Shown here: piece by piece, positions 48,930 to 59,426 of the stretch
Position numbering within the stretch: the stretch's first letter is position 1
Layout: every line of letters begins with the position of its first letter
DNA from: Patescibacteria group bacterium
Lineage (GTDB): Bacteria > Patescibacteriota > WWE3 > UBA101185 > UBA10185
Direction of reading: 5' to 3'
Assembly (NCBI GenBank): GCA_026004595.1
Contig: BPJL01000004.1
Coordinates: 11,919 to 75,918, forward strand
DNA: 64,000 nt
The notes under the pieces: model-generated
What the model was told of the DNA's origin: nothing
Database searches by the model: none
What the model saw: only the letters and a program-made list of their open reading frames with translations
Program-made: the position numbers and the translations under genes

Positions 48930-49415
48930 TTAAACCTCGCAGTTAGTCACACAAATATGCATCGCATCTATCAAATCGTTGATTATATCCAGCGCTTCCT
49001 CGTATCCCAACCTTCTATAATTATGGGGGAAATAATGAAAGACCAGATTTCTCCCCCTTTTCCAAGCCTGCCATAGTTTTTTTGAAACTTCCCTCCCGCC
49101 CCTCGCTTTTCCGCAAATCCTTTCAAACACGTTGTTTTTCTCTTTTATATAGTTTGGGTTTAGTATTCGCCCTATCCTTATATCATCGCTGTAATACTCA
49201 TCCTGCGTAATCAGGTGCGAATCCAAAAAAAATCTCTTCAAAAAACCTTCATACGCTTTGGCAAAAGGAAAAACCAAAAAAGAGTAATCTGAAATGTTGT
49301 CCTCTTGGTGATGAGTGTAAACAAAATTAAGAACCAGCTCTCCGTCTTCTATTAAACCCCTGATCTCCTCGGGCATGTATTGCCAAAGGCGGGAATCGCG
49401 TTTAATTACTTCCAT
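48930..49415 (-). CDS. Stand-alone HEPN-domain protein resembling the RnlA/LsoA C-terminal nuclease domain
   Basis: DYSFLVFPFAKAYEGFLK and RNLVFH (Rx4H); start MEVIK at 49415. Confidence 0.65.
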   Translation of the reverse strand: MEVIKRDSRLWQYMPEEIRGLIEDGELVLNFVYTHHQEDNISDYSFLVFPFAKAYEGFLKRFFLDSHLITQDEYYSDDIRIGRILNPNYIKEKNNVFERICGKARGGREVSKKLWQAWKRGRNLVFHYFPHNYRRLGYEEALDIINDLIDAMHICVTNCEV

Positions 49416-49461
49416 AAAATTAATTCTATCGGAACACTGAAATTTATTCACTACTATATAT

Positions 49462-49962
49462 TTAATCTGAAAATGAGCCGGCAACAAAATGGCTAGAAGA
49501 AAAATAGCTGACTGGCACTAGCAAAGCAAAAATGGCCGCGTTTTCTTCGTCAAACCTAACAGCCCCAAGTCCCTCGACAGAAGCAGGTTCAAGAATAAAC
49601 GTTCTCTGCGACGATCCCCACCCGGGTTTCACGAAAAACTTTACATACTTAATTTCATCCGAGGATGACTTGACCGTAAATGAAACCATGTGGTGTTTTT
49701 CATTTCCCCCGCTAGTCACAGATACTCTTTTCCCAGAATATAGTCCTTCGCCGCACTCATCCACATCAGCGCACCCATATTCGTACAAATCCCATGTTCC
49801 GCCGGAGGAGCTAATTTCAATAGAAAAACCTTTGGCTGCCTTAGACGAAGAAACTCCTCTTATCTCACTTTTCTCCCTCAGAGAAAAAAGATAAAAGACA
49901 ACCGGTGTGGCCAAAAAGAAAAGCATTACAATCAAAAATATTGCGCTAAAACCCCTTTTCAT
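49462..49962 (-). CDS. Hypothetical membrane-anchored protein
   Basis: N-terminal MKRGF + TM, then IRGVS and a small Cys-pair domain. Confidence 0.65.
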   Translation of the reverse strand: MKRGFSAIFLIVMLFFLATPVVFYLFSLREKSEIRGVSSSKAAKGFSIEISSSGGTWDLYEYGCADVDECGEGLYSGKRVSVTSGGNEKHHMVSFTVKSSSDEIKYVKFFVKPGWGSSQRTFILEPASVEGLGAVRFDEENAAIFALLVPVSYFSSSHFVAGSFSD

Positions 49963-50026
49963 AGAGAAATGAACTCATATATTTGTATACGCGTCAAGAG
50001 GTTTTGGCGACCTGTATAATACATCC

Positions 50027-51169
50027 ATGGGTCAACCAAAAATAGCATTCGTTCACGACTACCTTCTCCACTACGGCGGAGCCGAAAAAGTGCTCGAGGC
50101 CATGCTTGAGCTTTATCCGAACAGCCCAATTTATACAAGCATTTACAACCCCGAGCGGCTGTCGGAAACTATTAACAGCAAAAAGATTATCTGCCCCAAG
50201 AACCGACTTTACCAAAAATTTCCCAAGTACCTAAGTTTCATGATGCCCCTAGTTTTTGAAAACTTTGACCTTCGGGAATACGACATAATAATTTCAGACT
50301 CTTCTGCCTGGTCAAAAGGAGTTCTCACAAAACCTGAACAGCTTCACATAAGCTACATTCACACACCCCCTAGATTTCTATACAAATATTCCGTGGAGTC
50401 AACTAAAAGATCGGCGTGGTATTTCAAGCCATTTGTTTCGGTCCTCGACTCATTATTGAGAGTCTGGGATCATGCGGCAGGTCAAAGACCGAACTATTTG
50501 ATAGCCAACTCTGAAGAAGTGCGCTCAAGAATTAAAAAATTTTATGGAAGGGACGCCCAAGTAATTTATCCCCCCGTTGAGATAGATTTGAATTCCCACA
50601 ATAAAGTTGCGGATGAAAAACTAAAAGCAACGCTGGACAAACCGTACTTTTTGATTGTAAGTCGGCTTGTAGCATATAAAAATATTGATCGGGTTATAGA
50701 AGCTTTCAAGAATCTGGAAACAAACTTGCTAATTATCGGTACCGGGAATGAGGAAGAAAAACTCAAATCCCTTGCCGGCCCCAATGTCAAATTTTTGGGA
50801 AAACTTGATGAGGTGGGAAAGAGTGTGTTGATGGAAAATTGCCTCGGTGTAATAAATGCGGTTCAGGACGAAGACTTCGGAATTGTACCGGTTGAAGCCA
50901 TGGCCCACGGCAAGCCTGTCATGGCACATAAAAGCGGGGGGCACCTGGAAACGGTTGTTGAGGGAGTAAACGGCGTGTTTTTTAATTCTCTTGATCCAGT
51001 TGTGTTAGCAGACAGTATAAAAAAATTTGAAAAAGAAATTCGTGACAATAGATTTGATTCTTTAGAAATTAAAAATTTAGCCAAAAAATTTTCTAAAAAG
51101 CGTTTCCAAAGTGAGATGAAAAACTTCGTCGAAACAAAATGGAACGAACACAAATCTAAAAATGCCTGA
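50027..51169 (+). CDS. GT4 glycosyltransferase
   Basis: HDYL..YGGAEKVL, HTPPR, VIYPPV, SRLVAYK, EDFGIVPVEAMA. Confidence 0.93.
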   Translation: MGQPKIAFVHDYLLHYGGAEKVLEAMLELYPNSPIYTSIYNPERLSETINSKKIICPKNRLYQKFPKYLSFMMPLVFENFDLREYDIIISDSSAWSKGVLTKPEQLHISYIHTPPRFLYKYSVESTKRSAWYFKPFVSVLDSLLRVWDHAAGQRPNYLIANSEEVRSRIKKFYGRDAQVIYPPVEIDLNSHNKVADEKLKATLDKPYFLIVSRLVAYKNIDRVIEAFKNLETNLLIIGTGNEEEKLKSLAGPNVKFLGKLDEVGKSVLMENCLGVINAVQDEDFGIVPVEAMAHGKPVMAHKSGGHLETVVEGVNGVFFNSLDPVVLADSIKKFEKEIRDNRFDSLEIKNLAKKFSKKRFQSEMKNFVETKWNEHKSKNA

Positions 51170-51986
51170 ACTCCCTGAAACACACACAATAGCGTCTATA
51201 CTGGATCAAAACATCAAGGGTTTAAAAATATTAAAAGTAGCTGTTGCAAAAAACTACAAAGCTCTCCCCCAAACGGATACATTCATTAAAACGGTTGCGG
51301 GTAAGAAGATAAAATCAGCAAAGAGAGTTGCAAAAAATATCTTAATTGAGCTGGAAAACGGAAACCATGTACTTTTTCATCTTGCAATGACGGGCCGGCT
51401 TCTTCTTTGGAAAAACGAACCGATAAATGAAAGGGGGGTGAGGGTCATTCTTTATTTGGAAGGCAGCTCTCTCCTAACTTTCAGTGACGTGAGAATGTTT
51501 GGGAAAGCCGCAGTTTTAAGCCACAGGCAGGTTCAGAAACTAGAACACAGTTACGGCCCAGACCCCTTTAATGAAAAACTTACTGGGCGCGATCTCATTA
51601 AAATGTTCGCGGGAAGGAAAACCGGAGTAAAAAATGTTCTCCTTGACCAGAAAATAATTGCAGGATTGGGAAACATATATGCTAATGAGGCCCTTTTTCT
51701 TGCCGGAATAAATCCAAAAACAAAAGCATCTTTAATTAATGAGAAACAGGCGGAAAAGCTTTGCGAATCAATCCGACGTGTTTTAGAAGAAGGAATAAAA
51801 TTCGGCGGCTCGACTCTAGAAGACAAAATGTATGTGGATCCTTACCGAAAAGAGGGAAAATATCAAGAGCATTTTAAAATTTATTCGCAAAATAAATGTC
51901 CCAGGTGCGGTGAAAACGTTGTTTTCCTAAAAATGTCCGGACGCGGAACTTACTTCTGTCCCAACTGCCAGCCCGAGCAACAATGA
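51162..51986 (+). CDS. mutM: Formamidopyrimidine-DNA glycosylase
   Basis: MPELPE, HLAMTG, DVRMFG, LLDQ..IAGLGNIYANE, C4 zinc finger. Confidence 0.96.
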   Translation: MPELPETHTIASILDQNIKGLKILKVAVAKNYKALPQTDTFIKTVAGKKIKSAKRVAKNILIELENGNHVLFHLAMTGRLLLWKNEPINERGVRVILYLEGSSLLTFSDVRMFGKAAVLSHRQVQKLEHSYGPDPFNEKLTGRDLIKMFAGRKTGVKNVLLDQKIIAGLGNIYANEALFLAGINPKTKASLINEKQAEKLCESIRRVLEEGIKFGGSTLEDKMYVDPYRKEGKYQEHFKIYSQNKCPRCGENVVFLKMSGRGTYFCPNCQPEQQ

Positions 51987-53048
51987 AAATATCCGAACTT
52001 AAATTGATAAATTTTAGAAACCATAAGAAGTTTTCCGCAGAACTTAACCACGACCTTATCTTAATAACAGGCAGCAATGGCACGGGAAAAACAAACATAC
52101 TTGAAGCAATCAATCTTCTTTCAACCGGAAAATCATTTCGAGCAAAATATGACCGGGATATGATTAACTACAACGCTTCCTTTACTACCGCAAACGCAAC
52201 CACCCAAAACTCATCGGGTGAGTATAAACTCGAGGTTCAAATAATAAAAGGCGACAACTCTTCCAACATGTCCGTAAAAAAAGCTAAAGTGAACAAGGTT
52301 CCCAAATCTCTCACCTTATTTTCTGGAATTTTCAACAGCGTTATGTTTTCTCCCGAAGATTTGAACATAATAATCGGTTCTCCCTCCGAGAGAAGAAAGT
52401 ACATAGACTCCATCCTTATCCAAACAGACAGAAACTACAAAAGAAGCCTGTCGTCATATGTTAAAGCCGTGCGCCAAAGAAATAAAATTTTGGAAAGGAT
52501 TGCCGAAGAAGGACGCGGTCAAGATGAGCTCGGATACTGGACAGCCAAATGCATAGAAACAGGACAATACATTCAGGAGCAAAGAAGCAAGTTATTCGTT
52601 CACTTTAACAAAAAAATTGGGGGGGACGGTTGAAAAACTAAACGGCGCCCACGCAAGTATCGAAATAAAATACCTAAAAAATGAAATCTCAAACGAGAGG
52701 CTGGAAAAATATGAGAGAAATGAAATATGGGCAAAAAGCACTTTAGTCGGCCCTCACAGAGACGATTTTTTAATTTTTCATAAAGGACATAATCTTGCTG
52801 AATTCGGTTCCAGAGGAGAGCAAAGAAGTGTGATGCTAGCCCTTAAATTGTGTGAAATAGGATATATTGAGTCAGAAAACAAAGAGCGGCCGGTTCTCCT
52901 TCTTGACGATATTTTCTCCGAGCTGGATGAAAACCACCGCAGTTCGGTGTTTAACATTTTGGACCAGCAACAGACAATAATCACAAGCACCGAAAAGCCA
53001 AATTTCCTTGAGTACACAGTAAAAGCTTACGAGATCGCCTTAAACTGA
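51983..53048 (+). CDS. recF: RecF, +1 frameshift in G7 run at 52619-52625
   Basis: NFRN, GSNGTGKTNILEAI, GSPSERR; second part GPHRDD, SRGEQRS, PVLLLDD.FSELD. Confidence 0.92.
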
Positions 53049-53088
53049 TACGAGTTGTATCTTGCGGGAAATATGCGAAAATTAAATT

Positions 53089-54081
53089 GTGTTTTATCCC
53101 GAATTTACTGTTACTCAAAAGGTTCTTAAAAACATAAGCGCTGTGGAATACGCACGAGCTGTTTCCGATACCGTAAAAATTCTTCCTGCTTGGCAGAAGC
53201 AGCTTAAAAAAGAGGCGTTGGTTTCCAGAATTTTTTCCCTGTTAAAAATGGAGGGCATCGGAGTATCGGAACAAATTGTAAAAGCATCCATAGAAAAACT
53301 TGGTGGTGGTCGCTATCAAGAAGTAATCAATTTCGAAAAAGCAATAAAGTCAATTGAAGAACTTGGCAGAAAATCCGAAATTGAGGAGGTTGACTTGAAA
53401 TTTTTAAACCAGACTTTTACAGAAAAACTCCTCCCTAAAACTAAACAGGGGGCCTACCGAACTCAGAAAAAACACGGCCGGCCTGCTCCCGAAGAAATAC
53501 TTGCTCAAATGGTTCCTTTGTTTGATTGGTTTAACAGTCTTGACGCTCGTGAAAACCACCCGCTGGTAACAGCTTCAATAATGTCTGCAGAAATACTAAG
53601 ACTTGAGCCCTTTGAAAACTTTAATCTTTCAACCTCTTCGTTGACATTTGACTTAGTTCTTGAATCTTACGGCTACAGACTGGGGGGACTAGTAGAAATA
53701 GACTCTTACTTTATTAACTCAAGAAAAGAAGTGGAAGATTCAATTTTGGAAATAGAAAAAAATAATTTTGATTACACACATTGGCTGGAACTCGTAACAC
53801 AGGGGCTTGCCTCCAAAACCTACAATTTGGTTGAGAAAATAAAACTGCTGGAAAGAGACACCAAAGTTGCGAAAGCTACGGGAAGAGCCAAGGTATCTGA
53901 AAGGCAAGAGAGAATCATTGAATATCTTCAAGATTATGGAATTTTGCAAAACAAAGACTTTCCCGTCGTATTTCCTGACATCTCGGAAGATACAGTTCTG
54001 CGCGACCTTAAATCTCTTATGGATAGCGGAATAGTAAAAAAGATGGGAAGTACGAAATCGTCACGGTACGAACTTGCCTAG
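53089..54081 (+). CDS. Fic-fold protein with degenerate active site and C-terminal wHTH
   Basis: SLLKMEG, G.YR, HPLV.A, EPFENFNLS in place of HPFxDGNGR; ERQERII...SEDTVLRDLK.L...G. Confidence 0.75.
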   Translation: MFYPEFTVTQKVLKNISAVEYARAVSDTVKILPAWQKQLKKEALVSRIFSLLKMEGIGVSEQIVKASIEKLGGGRYQEVINFEKAIKSIEELGRKSEIEEVDLKFLNQTFTEKLLPKTKQGAYRTQKKHGRPAPEEILAQMVPLFDWFNSLDARENHPLVTASIMSAEILRLEPFENFNLSTSSLTFDLVLESYGYRLGGLVEIDSYFINSRKEVEDSILEIEKNNFDYTHWLELVTQGLASKTYNLVEKIKLLERDTKVAKATGRAKVSERQERIIEYLQDYGILQNKDFPVVFPDISEDTVLRDLKSLMDSGIVKKMGSTKSSRYELA

Positions 54082-54096
54082 TGTTAGAATAGACTC

Positions 54097-55854
54097 ATGA
54101 AATTCAAAGAGTTTGCCGGATATTTGGAACGCTTGGAAGCCACTACCAAAAGGCTGGAAATTACCGACATTCTTGCCGAACTTATTAAAAAACTGGGAGT
54201 GGAAGAAATCCCTCCTGCCATGTATCTTTCCCTCGGCTACCTAAAGGCTCCGTTTGAGAACAAGGTTTTTAACGTAGCCGACAAACTAATGATTAGAATC
54301 CTGCAAAGTCTCACAAACAAAAACGTGGATGAGCTTTTCGCCCAACACGGCGATCTCGGAACCGTAGCAAAAATCGTCTTATCCGATAATAAAGACAGGG
54401 GGATGTCCATCGCTGAAGTTTACGAAAAGCTACTTGAGATAGCTTACATAGAAGGCGCTGGCTCTGTTGAATTAAAAATGAAAAAGACGGCCGCTCTTCT
54501 TAACTCCGTTGATACCCTTTCTGCAAAATTTATAACAAGGATAATTTTAGGCACCACACGCTTGGGATTTACCGAACTCACAATAGTTGCATCTTTAGCC
54601 CTAATAGCCGGCGATAAAAAATACGCAAAGGAAATAGAACGGGTTTACAACGAACACCCCGACATAGGACTCATTGCCCAAAAAATAAAATCGGACGGCT
54701 TAGCCGGATTGAAGAAAATAAAAATAGAGCCGGGGGTTCCCGTACTTTCGCAGAAAGCACAAAGGGTAAGCGGAATGGAAGAAGCATTTAAAAGAGTGCC
54801 CGATGTTTGGGCAGAATTTAAATTTGACGGAACAAGAGTTCAATTGCACATGGATAAAAACAAAAAAGCCGGGTTGATAGAAGGCATTAAGGATTTATTC
54901 GGAGAAACCGAGAAAAAATTTTTAATCAAAACCTTTACGAGAAACTTGGAAGAAACTACACATCAATATCCGGATCTTATTGAAGCCGCCATTAAACAAG
55001 TAAGGGCGGATTCGGTCATACTTGATGGGGAGGCAATAGGATACAACAGAGAAACCGGCAGATTTCTGCCATTTCAAGAAACTATCCAAAGAAAAAGGAA
55101 GCATGGAGTTACCGAAGCGGCAAAAAACATTCCTCTCAAATATTTTGTCTTTGACATTTTATACCTTAACGGAAAATCTACAACCGAGCTCCCGCTAAGA
55201 GAACGAAGAAAACTTCTGACCCAAATAATTGAACCCGGTGACACTATAATCGTTGATGAGAGTTTGGAAACCAAAGAGTTTGAAAAACTTATGGAGTATT
55301 TTGAACTTGCCAAACAAAAAGGACTTGAGGGGCTGATCGTTAAAAACCCGGCCGATCCCTACCAAGCCGGAGCCAGAAGCTATTCATGGATAAAACTTAA
55401 AACTGCCGATGAAAAACTTCTTGCCGATTCCGTTGACTGCGTTCTTTTGGGTTACTACTACGGAAGGGGAGAAAGATCCAAATTCGGAATAGGAGGGTTT
55501 CTTGTAGGAGTGCCCGACAAGAAAAGCGGAAATTTTAAAACGGTAACAAAAGTAGGAACCGGTCTAACAGATAAAGAGTGGGTTGAAATAAAAAAACTTG
55601 CCGACAAGCATAAAGTAAAAGCCGTTCCAAAGAATGTGGATATTGACAAAACTTTAATACCCGATGTCATAACTGAACCGTCTATTATCCTTGAGATAGG
55701 GGCAGATGAGATAACTGTGTCTCAAAACCATACATCCGGCTACGCCTTAAGATTTCCAAGACTCATAAAATTCAGGACGGATAAAAATCCTTCCGAAGCA
55801 ACCTCAGTTGCAGAAATAGTGCAAATGTTTAAGAAACAAAGGCGCAAAAAATGA
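54097..55854 (+). CDS. ATP-dependent DNA ligase (archaeal/LigB-type)
   Basis: EFKFDGTRVQLH, ILDGE, FDILY, EGLIVK, WIKLK, KVGTG, LRFPR. Confidence 0.95.
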   Translation: MKFKEFAGYLERLEATTKRLEITDILAELIKKLGVEEIPPAMYLSLGYLKAPFENKVFNVADKLMIRILQSLTNKNVDELFAQHGDLGTVAKIVLSDNKDRGMSIAEVYEKLLEIAYIEGAGSVELKMKKTAALLNSVDTLSAKFITRIILGTTRLGFTELTIVASLALIAGDKKYAKEIERVYNEHPDIGLIAQKIKSDGLAGLKKIKIEPGVPVLSQKAQRVSGMEEAFKRVPDVWAEFKFDGTRVQLHMDKNKKAGLIEGIKDLFGETEKKFLIKTFTRNLEETTHQYPDLIEAAIKQVRADSVILDGEAIGYNRETGRFLPFQETIQRKRKHGVTEAAKNIPLKYFVFDILYLNGKSTTELPLRERRKLLTQIIEPGDTIIVDESLETKEFEKLMEYFELAKQKGLEGLIVKNPADPYQAGARSYSWIKLKTADEKLLADSVDCVLLGYYYGRGERSKFGIGGFLVGVPDKKSGNFKTVTKVGTGLTDKEWVEIKKLADKHKVKAVPKNVDIDKTLIPDVITEPSIILEIGADEITVSQNHTSGYALRFPRLIKFRTDKNPSEATSVAEIVQMFKKQRRKK

Positions 55855-56219
55855 GTCTTGAAGAGAAAAACAATGAAACATACATCTCTTCTAACACCTT
55901 GGCTATGCTCTCATATGTGTTACCCCCGCTTTCCGGCATTTATTTTTTCATTTTTGAAAAAAGAAATAGACAGACACCGAACAAGTTTGTACTTTTTCAC
56001 GCTTACCAATCAATAACATTTGGAGTTGCGGCCTACCTTATTGTCCGCGCAGTCTCATTTATCCCCTACTTATTTGGATACATACTTAACAAAACTCTCG
56101 CAGTTGCCGCAATACTCACATGGATGTTCCTTGTGCTGAAAGCCCATTCAGGAAGTGAATTTGAGCTGCCCTATTTGGGGAAGATCGCTAAGAATCAGGC
56201 CCAAAAAACTTCTCAGTAA
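55851..56219 (+). CDS. DUF4870-like small membrane protein
   Basis: AMLSY...FV.FHAYQS...A..G..FELPYLG. Confidence 0.75.
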   Translation: MSLEEKNNETYISSNTLAMLSYVLPPLSGIYFFIFEKRNRQTPNKFVLFHAYQSITFGVAAYLIVRAVSFIPYLFGYILNKTLAVAAILTWMFLVLKAHSGSEFELPYLGKIAKNQAQKTSQ

Positions 56220-56221
56220 CC

Positions 56222-56500
56222 ATGGAAAAGATAGATAAAGTAATAAAAAGCAGGGGGATTGTGAGCGATACAAGAAACAAACACGAGTTTCAAGCCTACG
56301 GCAATCGCTTGGCCGAAGAGCTTAACGATAGAAAACACCGCTCTCTCTACATAAAACTAGCAAAAACCGAGGATAGAACCTTGCTAGAAGCGGCGCGTGA
56401 ATTTGTTTTGGGATCGGAAAAGGCGACGACTAAAGGCCGGCTCTTTATGTGGAAACTCTCTGAACTCAAAAAACAAAGGTTGAACAAAAAATCTGAATAA
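56222..56500 (+). CDS. Hypothetical basic protein
   Basis: EFQAYG.RLAEEL.D.KH.SLYIKLAK...GRLFMWKL; in operon context. Confidence 0.7.
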   Translation: MEKIDKVIKSRGIVSDTRNKHEFQAYGNRLAEELNDRKHRSLYIKLAKTEDRTLLEAAREFVLGSEKATTKGRLFMWKLSELKKQRLNKKSE

Positions 56501-56516
56501 ACTAATATTTAAACAC

Positions 56517-57062
56517 ATGGATAAAAAAACTCTTCTTTCTCTTAGAACGCAGTTGCTGATTTCAGCTGTGGTCGCTATTGTCTTTTTAGCCGTAATCGTT
56601 GAAAGATCAGCTGTAAACATTTTCCTCATAATTTTGGTATGCTTTCTAGGCACGTTCGCCTTGGATCTTGAATATCCCTTGTACGCTTATCTTTTTGAAC
56701 CAGAGAAAGGTTTCTCAAAAAATCTCAGGGGGTATGTTAAAGATAAAGATTACAAGGGTGCATTAAAATACATTTTTTACAACAGAGGTGATGTTGTTGA
56801 TAAATCTCTGAATAGCGCCTTGTTCCAAATTATTTTCGCAGTTCTGACAATTTTGGTAGCATACACCTCCACTTCAAATGTGGTAACAGCGTTAGTGTTC
56901 TCAATATTCGCAAATTCAATTTTCAAGATGTGGGAGCACTATTTTAACGGACAAACCGACGAGTGGTTTTGGGCTCTTAAAAACAAGCCCGATAAAAAAG
57001 GCATTGTAATTTACTCTGCCGCTATGATTTTGGTGCTGATCTTTAGTTTTGCTATTTTGTAA
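56517..57062 (+). CDS. Hypothetical membrane protein
   Basis: 4-5 TM segments, GTFALDLE. Confidence 0.7.
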   Translation: MDKKTLLSLRTQLLISAVVAIVFLAVIVERSAVNIFLIILVCFLGTFALDLEYPLYAYLFEPEKGFSKNLRGYVKDKDYKGALKYIFYNRGDVVDKSLNSALFQIIFAVLTILVAYTSTSNVVTALVFSIFANSIFKMWEHYFNGQTDEWFWALKNKPDKKGIVIYSAAMILVLIFSFAIL

Positions 57063-57072
57063 GTGTTTATAA

Positions 57073-57738
57073 GTGCCTTCCTTTTACGGAATTACAATAT
57101 CCATAGCCATTTTGGTCTGCTTGACAGCTGCTTCAAAAATATTCCCGCATAGAAAAGACATTTGGGATTTTGGACTATACTGCATAATAGGTGGAATTTT
57201 GGGAGCAAGGTTGTATCACATAGTTGATTACTGGCATTTTTACTTAGAAAGGCCTGGATATATTTTTATGGTTTGGCACGGGGGTCTTGGAATTTGGGGT
57301 GCGGTAATCGGCGGAATTTTAGGTTTATATATTTACACCTCAACTTACAAAAAGTCTTTCCTTGAAACAGCAGACATCGCGGCTTTAGTCCTCCCTCTCG
57401 GACAAGCAATAGGGAGGTGGGGCAATTTTTTCAACTCTGAAATTTCAGGTTCGCAAACTTCTCTCCCGTGGAATTTGGAAGGGAAGCACCCCATATTCCT
57501 TTATGAATCCCTTCTTAATTTGCTTCTATTTTTTCTCTTGTTCAGACTTTCAAAAAAGGTAGTGCCTGCTGGATATCTTTTGTCGTCATATCTTGCGGGA
57601 TACGGTCTAATAAGATTTTTCCTTGAGTATCTGCGTGTTAATCCTTGGAAGATCGGTGCCTTGAATGTGGCACAAATGCTGTCTATACTTTCAATAGTGA
57701 TATCTGTACAAATTTTCAACAAAAAGCGGCTAAAATGA
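57073..57738 (+). CDS. lgt: Prolipoprotein diacylglyceryl transferase
   Basis: GARLYH, WHGGLGIWG, LGQAIGRWGNFFNSE, HP..LYES, RFFLEYLR. Confidence 0.95.
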   Translation: MPSFYGITISIAILVCLTAASKIFPHRKDIWDFGLYCIIGGILGARLYHIVDYWHFYLERPGYIFMVWHGGLGIWGAVIGGILGLYIYTSTYKKSFLETADIAALVLPLGQAIGRWGNFFNSEISGSQTSLPWNLEGKHPIFLYESLLNLLLFFLLFRLSKKVVPAGYLLSSYLAGYGLIRFFLEYLRVNPWKIGALNVAQMLSILSIVISVQIFNKKRLK

Positions 57739-58163
57739 TCTTTATCGCATCAGACCATGGGGGACTGGATATGAAGAGAGAAATTGCAAGGTATCTTGAG
57801 GAAAGAGGTATTGAACACGAGGACCTTGGCCCCTTTACCTTTGACCCCAATGATGATTACCCCGACTATACCGATAAATTAGTAAAGAAAATTTTGGAAA
57901 CACCTGATTCCCGCGGTGTACTCATCTGCAGAAACGGAGTCGGCGTAACCATTGCCGCCAACAGACACAAAGGAATAAGAGCCGGGCTTTCTTGGAACGA
58001 AGCCCACGCCATTTCCTCAAGAAGAGATGACAATACAAATGTGCTTAGTCTTCCCGCCGATTATATAAAAGTACATGAAGCCCTGACAATTTTAAAAACT
58101 TGGATAGACACACCATTCAGTAATGAAGAGAGGCATAAAAGGAGGTTGGCAAAAATATCATGA
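57735..58163 (+). CDS. rpiB: Ribose-5-phosphate isomerase B
   Basis: IASDHGG, DDYPD, ICRNGVG, AANR..GIRA, ERHKRRL. Confidence 0.93.
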   Translation: MIFIASDHGGLDMKREIARYLEERGIEHEDLGPFTFDPNDDYPDYTDKLVKKILETPDSRGVLICRNGVGVTIAANRHKGIRAGLSWNEAHAISSRRDDNTNVLSLPADYIKVHEALTILKTWIDTPFSNEERHKRRLAKIS

Positions 58164-58789
58164 TCATCCCTGCGATACTCGAAAAAAATATTGAAGAGAT
58201 AAAAAGAAAAATCGGTTTTATTGATGGGCGGTGTGAGTTCATTCAAATCGATATCGCCGACGGAAAATTTTTATCAGAAAGTTCTTACGCAAGTATTGAA
58301 AACATTGCCGCAATTGAACCCATTTCCAAACTAGAAATCCATCTGATGGCAGAAAATCCTGAGCTGTTTGTTGAAGAAAGGTACCCCAGCATTTTTAAAA
58401 TATCAGCTCACATTGAAACAAAAGGCATAGAGAATTTCATAAGAAACGCCGTCGCGAAAAAATACATCGTTGGAGTAAGCGTCAGCCCAGAGACCCCGCT
58501 TGAAACAATAGACAACCTTCCGGGAGGGATAAGTTTCGTCCAATTCTTAACCGCTCGCCCCGGAAAACAAGGTAATCAGATAATAAAAGAGGTTTTTCCA
58601 AAAATTAGCGTGTTTAGGCAAAACCACCCCGGTGTGAGAATACAGGCCGACGGGGGAATAAATGAATCAAACCTCCAAGAGGTATTGAATTTAGGAGTCG
58701 ATGATGTTGTAATTGGTTCTGCGATATTTGATTCTCAAGATCCTGCCATAACATTGGCACGATTCAGGGAGGTAAAAATGGAACGATGA
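58160..58789 (+). CDS. rpe: Ribulose-phosphate 3-epimerase
   Basis: IIPAIL, IDIADGKF, EIHLM, SPETP, PGKQG, ADGGIN, IGSAIF. Confidence 0.88.
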   Translation: MIIPAILEKNIEEIKRKIGFIDGRCEFIQIDIADGKFLSESSYASIENIAAIEPISKLEIHLMAENPELFVEERYPSIFKISAHIETKGIENFIRNAVAKKYIVGVSVSPETPLETIDNLPGGISFVQFLTARPGKQGNQIIKEVFPKISVFRQNHPGVRIQADGGINESNLQEVLNLGVDDVVIGSAIFDSQDPAITLARFREVKMER

Positions 58790-59376
58790 ACATAACCACC
58801 ATATCACAACCCGAAGGAAAGGAAAAAATTTTTAAGCGCGTGGCGATACTTGGGGGCGCGGCATGGAAAGAAACTGACGAAATATATATACAGGCGTTTG
58901 ATACTGCAAAACTTCTTGCTGAAAACGGATACGAAATTTTTAATGGGGGCGGACCGGGCGTAATGAAAGCGGCAACCAAAGGAGCGCATGCTGGAGGTGG
59001 CCAGGCGTTTGCCATCACATATCGCCCAAACAAGCCAAAAAGGCACTATGAAGGTACGGATCCAACAAACGATGCAGAGGTGGAAATAGTCACACTAGAT
59101 TATTTCGACAGGACGAAAGTACTTCTCCAAAACACCGATGTCCATATTGTGTTTAAAGGAAGTATAGGAACGCTTAGTGAGTTCGGCATGTCGTGGATTA
59201 ATTCTTGGATACACGAACCCAACAGCAAACCTATTATAATGTTCGGAATTTTTTGGAATGAGATACTGGACATAATACAAAAAAATCTTTTGATTAAACC
59301 CGCCGAAAGACAGATGTTAAAAATCTGCACCACCCCAGAGGAAGTTTTGGGATACCTCAATTCTTTGAATAGCTAA
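58786..59376 (+). CDS. LOG-family nucleotide phosphoribohydrolase
   Basis: NGGGPGVMKA..KGA, GSIGTLSE, KPII.FG.FW. Confidence 0.85.
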   Translation: MNITTISQPEGKEKIFKRVAILGGAAWKETDEIYIQAFDTAKLLAENGYEIFNGGGPGVMKAATKGAHAGGGQAFAITYRPNKPKRHYEGTDPTNDAEVEIVTLDYFDRTKVLLQNTDVHIVFKGSIGTLSEFGMSWINSWIHEPNSKPIIMFGIFWNEILDIIQKNLLIKPAERQMLKICTTPEEVLGYLNSLNS

Positions 59377-59426
59377 GAGCGGCTCCCTCCTTGTTAATAT
59401 CTCTTAAAACCCTTATACTACAAGCA

